Part shown: one piece after another, positions 38,653 through 49,662 of the stretch
Position numbering within the stretch: position 1 is the stretch's first letter
Layout of the letters: the number at the start of each line of letters is the position of its first letter
Position numbers and translations under genes: made by a program
DNA from: Azolla caroliniana
Lineage: Eukaryota; Plantae; Polypodiophyta
Length of the DNA: 64,000 bases
Direction: 5' to 3'
Assembly (NCBI GenBank): GCA_043228905.1
Contig: JBHGNT010000009.1
Coordinates: 17,608,001-17,672,000 of the forward strand
Notes under the pieces: model-generated
Database searches by the model: none
What the model was told of the DNA's origin: nothing
What the model saw: only the letters and a program-made list of their open reading frames with translations

Positions 38653-41600
38653 TGTGGTGTCGGCCGTCGTTGTACGCTCCAGGGAGTGGGGTCGCGATTC
38701 CGCCTGGCCCGCAACGTTCTCCGTTGGTCGGCCAATAGCGTGGGCTCCTGCGGATGGGGCTCCTCTTGGGTAGTGGTTTCGCTGTCTGGTACTGTGGGGG
38801 ACTCCGCTCGTCGTTCCGCGCTGTTCACCGTCGTCGTAATTTCTGGTGATCTAGATTGAGGTTCCTCTTCTTCGGCTGTGCCCGGAATTGGCATTGCAAT
38901 GGATTTCTCATTTGTTCGCGTGCTGCCGGCCTGTGTGATCTGGTGAAATAGCTCCTCCAGGCTTTCACCAAAATCATCTAAGAGCTGTGCGAATTCTTCG
39001 GAATGTGTGTCCGTTAGCGCACAATAGTCTTGCGCTAGGTCCTCGTGTACGGCCGGAATGCTCTCCTCATTTAGTTTATAGAAACCTCGGTCGTCTTTTT
39101 GCCGGTTCTCCCAGTCCGCATGATGCGCGTGCAATTCCGCTGCTTGGGTTGCCCACGCCATCCATCCTTTGTCTAGCGCCGTTTTTAATTGCGTTGTGAA
39201 CCTCTCCCGATTTGTTTGTAGAAGGATACGCACGTTGTCTGTGATGGCATGGCAACGGTTGTGTGCGTCGTCCACCGACTTCTTGAGGTTTGCAATTTCT
39301 TGTTGACTAATTGCCGCCGCTTCTTCGTACGTGGTCTTCAGGCCCGCCCACAGTTGGGATTCCTTTGCATGGTGGTCTTCTAATTTCCCCATTTCATTGT
39401 TTAGGCGGATTTCAAGCTGATGCCTTCTTTCCTGTTCGACCACCAGCTGCTTGTCGAACCATACCTTCTTTTTCTCCAATAAGGTCCGTAGTCCCGCGAT
39501 TGCCGCCGCCGATTTCTTCGCTTCATCCTATAATTGGGCGTTTTCTTCTTTTGTCCAGATGTGCTATGCTACCTCCGCAATGAGTTTCTCTTCAAGGGTT
39601 TTTACTGCCTTCCGGCTGTTAGCCCGGATCTTCTTTTCCTTGTCGGAGGATTGGTGTAGTTCAGCTCGAAGGCGGTCAATTTCTGATTCCGCTAGTTGCA
39701 TGGCCCTTTTCGCTTTTGAGGCGATGGTGGTCTGAGCCTAAATTTCTTCCTTCAAAGCGTCGATGGCGTGGTTTGCTGGCGGAGTTGCCTGTTTTGCTGT
39801 AGTCGCGTTAGATTCCAACTCCGCGATGCGTTCGTTGGCTTTTTGTAGCTCGGCTTCGGTCATTTTCACCTTCTTCCAGACATTCTTATTTTTAATGGCC
39901 ATCTCCTTGGTGCCCGTGCTGACCTTTGCCAGTTCCCTATGGACTTCGACTAGGGCCATATTTAATGGGGGTAGCTCCATCCCCACTCGGCGTACACCGA
40001 CGTTCCTCTGTCTGCCGACCCTGGCTAGCTAGTCCTCATCGTCGCTCTCCGCCGTTTGTGTTAGGGCGCGCTCGATCATGTGGCGCTCCGCGTGCTCCTC
40101 GGTCATTCCATGAGCTCAAAAGAGGTTCCGAACTGTAAGAGGGTGCTAAACTCATGGGCCGTGTCTGAGATATCTTGATATGCCAAAACCTCGCTTTCCG
40201 TCGTCAATACGGCTTTCCCTCGTTGTGACTGGGTCGTAATGATCGGTCGTGGCTCCTGGATGATTTTGAAGGTTGTATTGGGCTCCGTAGTTGTGGAGCC
40301 ATCGCCTTCGGTCGTTGTCTCTGCCACCGTGGGCACGTCTTTCACCAATCGCCGCCCATCTTTCCTGTCCAATCTCCGTCGTTTCTGTCTGGGGCTATCG
40401 TGCCGTGTTTCGGCGTCTGGCTCTTGGGTTGCTTCCGCGGAGCATGCCGGCTGTTCTTCCTGCGTTGTCCGTGTGTCTGGCTGGGCGGGTTGGGGTTCCT
40501 CTTCCCACTCTGGGGCAGCTAACTCCGCTATCCTGCGCTTCGTGGATCGGGGCGGAGGCGTGGGTCGGCTGGGCTGCGGTGCCGGTAGGCCTCGGGGTGG
40601 GAATAACACCGTAAGGTACTGTTGTATGATCGGCCTGAGCTTCTTGTCTCCCTGATACGCATGCAGGCCTTCCCGCTCCATTGTGGAATTGTTACGCTTT
40701 GATGTTGATAATTTGCGACTAGCGTAGTACACTGGCCGGTACCGGTTTGGTTCGGTGAGTTGCATTAGTGCACTCCCTATTGCTATGTCCGAGGCATCGA
40801 CAAACACGTGGAATGGCTTCGCCCAAACTGGTGGTTGTACGACGGGGGCCTGTGTGAGCATTATCTTAAGTGACTCATAGGCTTTATCCTCCATTGCGGT
40901 CCATTGGAATGGAATCCGATGCACGACAACATGTAACAACGTGGTGAAGTCCGCCAAATATCGTATCATCCGACTATGCCACCGTATTTGTCCTAAAAAC
41001 CGGCTGAGTGATTTCGCGTTTGTCGGAGTTTTGGCTTGCATAATCACGGAGATCTTGTTCGGATCGACCACTATTCCCTCCTTGCTGACTATATGGCCTA
41101 GGAGAGTCCCACTGGTCACGCCGAAGGCATATTTCGCGGGATTCAGGCTTAAGCGTGCGGTGCGGCAACGTTCTAGGCACAGTTGCAGATGCGTAAAATG
41201 GTCTATTGTTCTCCCATAAACCGCAAAGTCATCTAAAAAAACTTGCATGAACGCCGGAATATATTCCCCAAAGATCTCCATAATTGTCTGTTGAAATGTT
41301 GCCGGCGCCGTCTTTTGCCCGAACATCATGACGACTGCCACATAGACTCCCCAGTCCGTGACAAATGCCGTCTTCTCTTGGTCCTCGGGATGCATGCATA
41401 CCTAGTTATACCCATTGAAGCCATCTAAAAAACGGTACATCTCATGTCCTGCGACGGCGTCCAGTACGCTATCGGTGAATGGTAAAGGGAATGCGTCTGT
41501 AATGGTTACGACGTTTAATTTTCAGTAAACCACACATACCCGTATTTTGCCGTTTTTCTTTGGAACGACTACTATCGGACTTAACGATGTGGCTTGTTTA

Positions 41601-44449
41601 ACTGGCTATATGAACCCCGCCTTCAAGAGTTTGTCAATTTCTTCTTTTAAGCGGTTCGCGTAGTTCGGGCTCATGCGGTAGCGGTGCTGCTGGACGGGTT
41701 TTGCGTCGTTGCTAAATTGATCTTATGTTGATAGAACTTGGGATCTAACCCCTTCATGTCCTCGTGAGCCCAAGCGAACACATCTTTATATTTCTTGAGT
41801 AGTGCGATCATCGTGTTTCTCTGGTCCGACCTTAATTCCTTTGCGATGGAGAGGAAACGGGGTTCTGACTCCGTACCCACATTTACTTCTTCCAGGGCGG
41901 AGGCGGTGACTCGTCGTGAAATTTCCATTTCCCTTTTGAATGCCGCTCGTGCTCTGCTGAGTTCCAATATGGACTCTGGGTTTGGTTCGTAAGCCTCGTC
42001 GTGGAGAATAGTGGACATGGCATATTCTGTCGCGGTTGCGATGACGTCGATTTCGAACAACGGAATGATCCGAGGGTGCTCATCTAGGTATGCCTCTAAT
42101 TCTGCATCCTCCACCCCAGCCGACATAATTATATCTTCTGTGTATAATGGTGTTATACCCTTGGGTTGTGGTGTGCTTCCTTCCGTAGGTACACGAACCT
42201 TAGTGCGTTCGTGTCGGAAATTGATACACTTGTGTTGCCAACTCTGCTTGATATTTGCTGCCCGAAGCCACGGTCTACCCAGAAGCACTGGGTATGCCCT
42301 TGGGGCGTTCAAGGCGAGGACGGCCACCGAGATGTCGAAGCGATGTCCGCCCACGATAATGCCTATCTTGCGAATTAACCCCAATGGTCGTACTAAGCGG
42401 GTATTTTCCATTCAAAGCCAGAATGGGCAAGCCTCCCATTCTGAAATGCCTAACTGCTCGCAAGTTTTCGCGCTAATTACATTAACGCTTGAGCCGCCAT
42501 CGATTACGCATCCAGGAATTTCCGGTCATTGTAATATCAATGTAATAGCCGGGTTGTGGTGATCCACTACAGGCGGTCTGTCGCTAATGTCTGTAAGGTT
42601 TGTAGCGACGCTCACCCCGGGTATGCCCGTCACCCGTTCTTCCATGGTCTGGCGGAAGCGTGGGACTAGCTGCAACAGCTTCTCCATGGTTAACGTTATC
42701 TCGCAGCCCTCTAATGCCTGCCAAATGGGGTTTGGGACCGGTCCTTCGTCCTCCGCTCGCTCCCTCGTATTCGCGGACTCCTTCCGTATGCGCTATGTAT
42801 TGGTCGCGTTTGCTTTTTCCACATGGCATGCCTGGGCTTGTCGTCGTATCTCATCTTGCGCGACCCAATCAGCCATTTTTGTTTGCTGGTGTGTCGTGAC
42901 TTGCTGCACTTCCGCCGTAATCGTATTGACAGCGGGCCCCTTGCCCTTGCGTGCTGGGCATTGCGTGGTATAATGTCTGGGCTGCCGACAAACAAAACAA
43001 TGGATGCTTGATTCGCCCTTCTCGGCTCCTAGTGGTGTGTGCCAATCCCCTGGTGCGACTTGCTCCTCACGGTTCGGCCTCGTTTGTTGGAACGCACGCG
43101 GTGGTTGCTGTTGGTCCCGGCGTGGTTCTTGGTGGCGCTCATCTCCCGAGCTTTCGTCGTATCGCCGGTGGTCTCGATATTGCCGCGGCTTCCCACGATA
43201 ACCATTAAAACCGCCACGTTTGTTTGTCGGCCGGTGATTCTCATAGTGCCGACCTCCTTTAGCATAACTCGGAGGTCCACTGTAATCCTCATCCTCTGGT
43301 TCTTCTTACTTGGAATCGTTGTGATTCCGGCGATTCCGGTGGTGCCGGACGTCACATGGGTTGTGATCCACATACCATGGTCGGTCTTCTTGCCTCCTTT
43401 GTTCAGTACGGCGTGGGGGACGTTGTGTGTCCATGTTGCGTACTGTGGGAGCGGCTGTGTTCAACATATTGTATTTGCATTGGTCGAGTATGTGAGCCTT
43501 TGAGTGGCAGATTGGGCAGTGGATTCGCATTGTTGCACTCCACTGCGGAATGCCCCGAGTTCAAGCAAATCGTGCATTGGATTGCTTGACGAAACTAGCG
43601 TTCCTTGTCCTGGGGTAACGCTTGTCGTAAGTAGGACATAGAAAACCTTTCCTCCTCCTCGTCCAACTCAAGATGTAATGCTCGTTCAATGACCGTATTC
43701 GTTGTTTCCCCTTTCACGCTATTGTTGTTGAGCGTTGTCCGTATGGGTTGGCGTAATGCTGCCAGAAATGTCTCTCGAGCCTCGTCCTCCGCGGGGTTCC
43801 GTTCTAGTTTCCACCATAAAATTTGGAAACGTAAGCTGAAGTCTGCGATCGTCTCGGTTGGCAATTGCTTAATCGTGTAGAACTGTTCGAGGATTTCACG
43901 TTGTGGAACCCTCCGATGGAAGAACCACAAGAAAGCGGATTGCAGGTAATCGAAGGTTGTGATTGCTGGCAAATCCATCTGTGAATGCCAAAATGCCACT
44001 CGCCCATCCAATGTTAACCCGAACTCCGTCATTTTTGACTGGTGCGCTACCACCTCCGAAAGGCTCTATGCCATGTGGTTCACATTCCAAACATTGAGGA
44101 ACATGCGAATATGGGTTGCGGCATCGGTTTCGCCGTTAAAGCGGGGATAGGCAAAGGTCATGCTGGGGGCTACGACGGGTTGCGAAAGACCACAATGTTG
44201 CTATGGTGAGCGTGCTCCCCGCGTATCATCGAGGTATTTGGAGAGCGAAGAATCACCTTTGTAATCATGACAAGTAGTACTGAGGTCGCTGAGGCGAGGC
44301 TTTTGCCGTGCGCGTTCCTCTGCCTGGCGTGTGACAGACCTTGTGATTGGCCGGTCTTGTCGTGTTGGTTATCTAGGGCGTCTGCGGCTAAACATCCATT
44401 CGTTGCTGTTCGTTTGTGAGAAGACACAAATCACCAATTGTGCCAAAAG

Positions 44450-44887
44450 TGTTACAGATTAGGAACACGGTCTGCGGTCAGTCCTTCGACCTAGACCTCC
44501 AAGTGATTGTGAAACAACGAATGGTGGCGTCTATGCGTAATACGTAGGGGAATGTTCCCCGTAACCTAGCAGTGTATAAGGGAGACGGCTACAACTGACT
44601 CCTTATCAGTGGTTACACACTCACGTTCTTACACTCTCAGGTATTCCAGACACAGTAGATTAGCCTTAGCTATACACAGATTGTCAGAGAAGATAGAATT
44701 CTATTACGATACGCTTCTTTACATTCCAAAATTACACACTCCCTCTATCAGAGGTTTTCTGCCCTTTATATACGCAGGGTCTTTTTAGTCGTTCATGCTT
44801 CCTACATGAACCGTTACATGCGTTATGATCTTATATTATTTCTTATTCTTACGCTCTTGTCCGTCGGTTACTATTCGGCGGACAACA
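44450..44887 (-). repeat. 5' LTR of the Athila/Tat-like element
   Basis: TGTTA..CAACA termini; followed on the - strand by PBS-like TGGCACAATTGGTG. Confidence 0.85.
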
Positions 44888-45494
44888 ATATGCAAGTCTT
44901 AAACTGATGGGCTTGCCATGAATAAATGAAGTTGTGTTTAATGAACTTTCCTAGAGATACTACAAATAGAGACGCCAAATCCCTTGGTTTAAGTGACTTC
45001 CTTACTAGATCCTTTCTTTTACACACCTTTCCTTCGAAATTGGTGTCAACTGACTTAAATAACTTGACAGAGATTAGTATTTCACTACTCAATTCATTTG
45101 GACACCACCTAAATCTACTAGGGCCACAATCTTGACATAAACCCATGACACATTTATGACTATGGAAGATGGCCTCAATTTCTGTCGGACACAATACTGA
45201 ATCTAAAAGGAAAATCATGGAAGAGATAATATGCTCAGATAATTTACAGTGCTCATGTGGGATCGATTGACAAATTGGGCACACACAACTGCAAACTACA
45301 TTTGTTAGGGAGGCGCTATGGTGATGTAGTAGATTAACAGAGTCCTTGAGAAAACCCATTTGTACATGGTAAATGCAACAACATGTGTATCAATCCTTCA
45401 AGCGCCTCACAAAGTGTGGCTTAAGAGACTCAAATGTTCGTAGTTGAACTTTGATATTTAGATGCATTCGCCTGAACCTAATAAATAAATCGAC
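44888..45494 (-). pseudogene. Sola2-like transposase, middle coding segment
   Basis: VDLFIRFRRMHLNIKVQLRTFESLKPHFV..TCCCIYHVQM..CVMGLCQDCG..KHNFIYSWQAHQFKTC; joins the 34466 side across the Gypsy insertion. Confidence 0.8.
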
Positions 45495-45518
45495 CTGCGT
45501 AATAAAATGGACATATTG

Positions 45519-46367
45519 ATTAGCTCTTTGGCAAAGTGGTAGCTAATTAGATACTACCATAGTTTAGTACAGTAGCTAATTAGCTAAGTGGTAGGTAATT
45601 AGCGATTACCATACCTTAGCTGAGTAGCTAATTAGCAAAGTGGTAGCTAATTTGCTACTACCATAGTTTAGTACAGTAGCGAATTAGCTAAGTGGTAGCT
45701 AATTAGCTACTACCATACTTTAGTTGAGTAGCTAATTAGCTAATTGGTAGCTAATTAGCTACTACCATAGTTTAATACATTAGCTAAATGGTAGCTAAAT
45801 AGTTTAGTATAGTAGCTAATTAGCTAAGTGGTAGCTAATTAGCTACTAGCATAGTTTAGTACAATAGGTAATTAGCTACTACCATAGTTTAGTACAATAG
45901 CTAATTAGCGAAGTGGTAGCTAATTAGTTACTAGTATAGTTTAGAACAATAGCTAATTAGCTACTACCATACTTTAGTTATAGTGTCTAATTAGCTACTA
46001 CTATACTTTACTTGAGTCGCTAATTAGCTAACTGGTAGCTAATTAACTACTACCATACTTTAGCTGAGTAGCTAATTAGCTAACTGGTAGCTAATTAGCT
46101 ACTACCATACTTTAGCCAGTTTTTTGTAGCTAATTAGCTATTGTTATAGGCAGCTAATTAGGTATTGTGGTAGCTAAATAGCTATGAATGGTAGCTAATT
46201 AGTTATTCTAGTAGCTAAATAGTTGTGTTCGATATACTTAGGGAGCTAATTAGCTATTTTGGTAGCTAATTAGCTATTACTGGTAGCTAGTTAGCTATGG
46301 GCATATTCTGAGGTAGGTAATTAGCTATTTGGGTATGATCATATTCAGAGGTTGCTAATAAGCTAAC
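45519..46367. repeat. Second TAGCTAATTAGCTA array, inside transposase intron 45495-46414
   Basis: Same ~52-bp unit and same + strand orientation as 29660-31082; degrades into single palindromes beyond ~46120. Confidence 0.95.
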
Positions 46368-46414
46368 TAACTAAGTTCAAAAGTCAAAACAAATGTTGAG
46401 ATAAATGTAAATAC

Positions 46415-47150
46415 TTGAGGTACATCAAGAAGATGAATGAGATACTCCTCATATTGACTCCTTCCAACACGTTTCGTGCATAAATCCTTCTTATTGGGTG
46501 AAACCCTACTCTCATTAGTCCAAAATATTGTGATTATATCAGGCTTGATTTCTGATGTTATGAGTGTCATTGGCTTACATCTTGTTGTTAGCTTTAGGAG
46601 ACTAGTTCCTTCACCCGAGGAAACTATTCGGTTCAATGTATTGTACACACTTTTTCTACAAACACCAATTACCTTAGATAGCACACTGATGTTAATATCG
46701 TCAACATCACTATTAAGTAACATCATTAGACTAGAACTTTTTAAGACAAGATCATCTTCTGACCTGCTGATGGATACGAAACTATTACGGAGATTATTTA
46801 CTAGTACAAATGTTATGTTTGCATTAAGACCATCACAATCAACTAACTCCTTTATGGATGGATCATTTAATATTCCATAAAGTGCTTGGTTTGAACATTG
46901 AAATAGTCTACAACCTTTCTCTCTATGACAGTAGTCTCATTACTTCCATTCTCAGTGATATTTAGACCTACATCCCAATCAATACTATCTTAACCTTTAG
47001 TGATTGTGGTTTTTGTATCCTTCAACAATTGACAATGTTTTCTTTTTTTTCTTCTGCCCAATACTTTCGTATCGCTTGTTGTGTCCTGATAGCGTCATCC
47101 TAATCGTGATGATCATTGAGGGGTAATTCTAAACACCCTCCTTCCCCTTC
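46415..47150 (-). pseudogene. Sola2-like transposase, N-terminal exon (5' limit approximate)
   Basis: HTH-like LSKVIGVCRKSV, then FWTNESRVSPNKKD..HLLDVPQ, followed by a GTATTT donor. Confidence 0.7.
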
Positions 47151-47299
47151 TATTTGGCTTGACAGGTTTAAACCCTAATTTTCCCGAAAAAAAGACACGT
47201 ATTAAAGATGGCTATGGGCAACAACTATGCACAAAAATATTCTGCAATACACAAGATTATACAGAACAATACACAAGATAATCAATAGATAGAATAGTT

Positions 47300-48265
47300 A
47301 TTCAAATCCAAGACCGAACAATGGCAGTAATCTAGGGACGAATAGTGGTGGCAACTGAGTGTAGAATGGCGGCAGTGGAGGAGTGAACTCTGTTTGATCG
47401 AACAGTTTTGACAATGCAGGACCGAACAATGGCGGCAACTGAGTGTAGAATGATGGCAATGGAGGAGTGAATTCCATCGGATCGAACAGTGGCAGATGGT
47501 GCTTGGAACGCACAGTGACGACAATTGAGAGTAGAATGGCAGCAATGGAGAAGGAGTGAACTCCTTCGGATCGAAAAGTGGCAGCAATACACCATTGAAC
47601 AATAGCAGCAACTAAGTGTAGAATGATGGTAATGGATGAGTGAACTCCATCAAATCGAATAGTGGCAAATGATGCTTGGAACGCACAATGACGACAACTG
47701 AGAGTACAATAGCGGCAGTGGAGAAGGAGTTAACTCCCTCAGATTGAAAAGTGGCAGCAATACACGACCGAACAGTAGCGGCAACTAAGTGTAGAATGAT
47801 GGCAATGGATGACTGAACTCCATCAAATCGAAAAGTGGCAGCAATCCAACACTGGTCACCAAATAGTAGCGGCAACTGAGTGTAGAATGATGGCAATGGA
47901 GGAGTGAACTCTGTCAGATCAAACAGTGGTAGATGATGCTTGGAACGCACAGTGATGGCAACTGAGAGTAGAATGGCAACAGTGGAGAAGGAGTTAACTC
48001 CGTCGGATTGAAAAGTGGCAGCAATATACGACCTTCACAGTAGCGGCAACTGAGTGTACAGTGGCGGCAATGGAGTGAACTTGGCAGATGATGCTTGGAC
48101 TGAACAGTGGCGCCACCTGAGTGTAGAATGGCGGCAATGGAGGAGTGAATTCCGTCGGATCGAACAGTGGCAGATGATACTTGGACCACTCAGTGTCGGT
48201 AACTGAGTGTAGAATGGCGGCAATGGAGGAGTGGACTCAATAGGGTTTAGCAACAGTGGTAGTAA
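47300..48265. repeat. Complex subterminal tandem repeat of the DNA transposon
   Basis: Recurrent modules GGCAACTGAGTGTAGAATG(A/G)(T/C)GGCAATGGAGGAGTGAACTCC, GATCGAACAGTGGCAG and GATGCTTGGAACGCACAGT, about ten times. Confidence 0.9.
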
Positions 48266-48520
48266 TCTAAGCCAACATACTCAACCAAAGATGGCCCACG
48301 CTAGGAATTTGGTATATAATTTATGGTGCACATATCAATTTATGTTTCACGTTTATGTTGCACATTTATGGTGCTCATTTATATAATTAAAACTCTCTAC
48401 TATTTTCAATGGTAGCTTTTTGCATAGCTAATTTATTAATGGTAGCTTTTTGCAAAAATGACTATTTATCAATGGTAGCTTTTTGCATAGCTAATTAGCT
48501 ATGTCAAGGACATAGCTAAT

Positions 48521-48545
48521 TGTTTCCACTCGCATGCTTTCACCC
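48521..48545 (-). repeat. Right terminal inverted repeat
   Basis: TGTTTCCACTCGCATGCTTTCACCC followed by AACA (TSD). Confidence 0.92.
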
Positions 48546-49662
48546 AACAATGACATTGTTCTCAAAGATGTGAGAGAAATGAGTTACACATTCCTTGGCT
48601 AGTTCAAGTCGGTTTGTAGTCCACAAACCATCACCAGTTTAGATGAATTTAATGAATTACCTTTGGCGTATTAGATGCAACCTTTTGAAGAAGGATTTAG
48701 AAGAGCATCCTTTGTCTTTCAATGGAATTTGTCATGACCAAACTTGCCATTTTTCCAATTTATTTTTGTCATGTAGCATCAATGTGTGTTTGGCCATACA
48801 CAATGCATCCTCTTCATGTAAAGTCCAAGATCTTCTATGTGCTAACTCCGTTAGGGCTTGCCAAGTAAATTGGGCTTCTTGAGTATCATCTCTTTGTCTT
48901 GAGACATACCACTTCCCATACTCTTGTATTATTGTTTGTAATCTATGTACAAAATGTACCCATGCTATATCGACATATATGTTGACTTCTAAATAAAGAG
49001 GAGGTATTATGTCATAGACCATCCTCTTGAAGAGTTCATGCTTGAGATAGATGTTGTTAATGAGCATAATTCTCTTCCTTTGGAGATGCACTTCATAGGA
49101 ATGATTCCCAAAATCAAGGTCTAGCCAGACAGGAGCATGATCTATATGCGTTGTACATGTGAAATTTTCATACTGACTAGCATGCAACAAATACTATCTA
49201 TCAAGCCTTGATTAGTATGTTGAGTGGGTAGTGTCATTTTCCATAAATCAACCCAATCCAATGAGCTTTGCATATTATACCACTAACCTTGTTCCTCTCT
49301 CAACATATGTGAGTGGCCACTAGTGTTATCACTTGCATTTGGAGAGTTGTTGAAATCTCCACATATAAATGCATTTTGTGGCCATGGATAAGCACAAATG
49401 TCTTGCCAACGTAAAGCTCTATCCCTTGAGGCATTCAGGGAATATATTCCACCAAAATCATATGTCTTGCCATTTATCATGCATTGCACAACCATCCACC
49501 TCCCATGTTTATCATTATAGGCAACTGTAGGATTGAGCTCATGTTTTATTATCATAAGCACTACAGATGTTGTACCAACTTGAGCACTGAATTGAACTTG
49601 TTTATGTTCTTGAACACAAATTATATCTGCTTGAGAAGAGGTAATATAGTTCCAAAATAATT
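48546..49662 (-). mobile_element. L1-clade LINE, AP endonuclease fragment
   Basis: DIICVQEHK, GIYSLN, ICGDFN, SRLDR, DHAPV. Confidence 0.88.

Larger units (their letters stand above)
34467..44887 (-). mobile_element. Athila/Tat-like Gypsy element inserted in the transposase; INT deleted; extra coiled-coil ORF
   Basis: 5' LTR at 44450-44887; 21-bp stub of the 3' LTR at 34467-34487; TSD GTATG/ATATG; gag ~43000-44150; PR IDGGSSVN; RT FLDGFNGYN..FLDDF; RH VDASD; ORFs at 38613-40670. Confidence 0.88.
27393..48545 (-). mobile_element. Sola2-like DNA transposon (~10.7 kb after removing nested Gypsy elements) with two convergent genes
   Basis: 25-bp TIRs GGGT(A/G)AAAGCATGCGAGTGGAAACA; TSD AATA/AACA; excision restores the L1 frame (NNVIV-TDPVKQ); transposase motifs DFA(K)NY..QNEIQSMHW, SDDKKHD, WSDGAASQFK, FFGSGHGKG. 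Confidence 0.85.

Noticed and set aside
34416-44430. Many overlapping antisense ORFs (also at 59400-63900)
   Set aside because: Expected shadow ORFs of GC-rich Gypsy coding sequence; no independent motifs.
44430-44446. Assignment of PBS TGGCACAATTGGTG to a specific tRNA, including the local tRNA-Gly
   Set aside because: It does not match Gly (TGGTGCATTGG); it may be a degenerate Arg PBS but cannot be assigned by eye.
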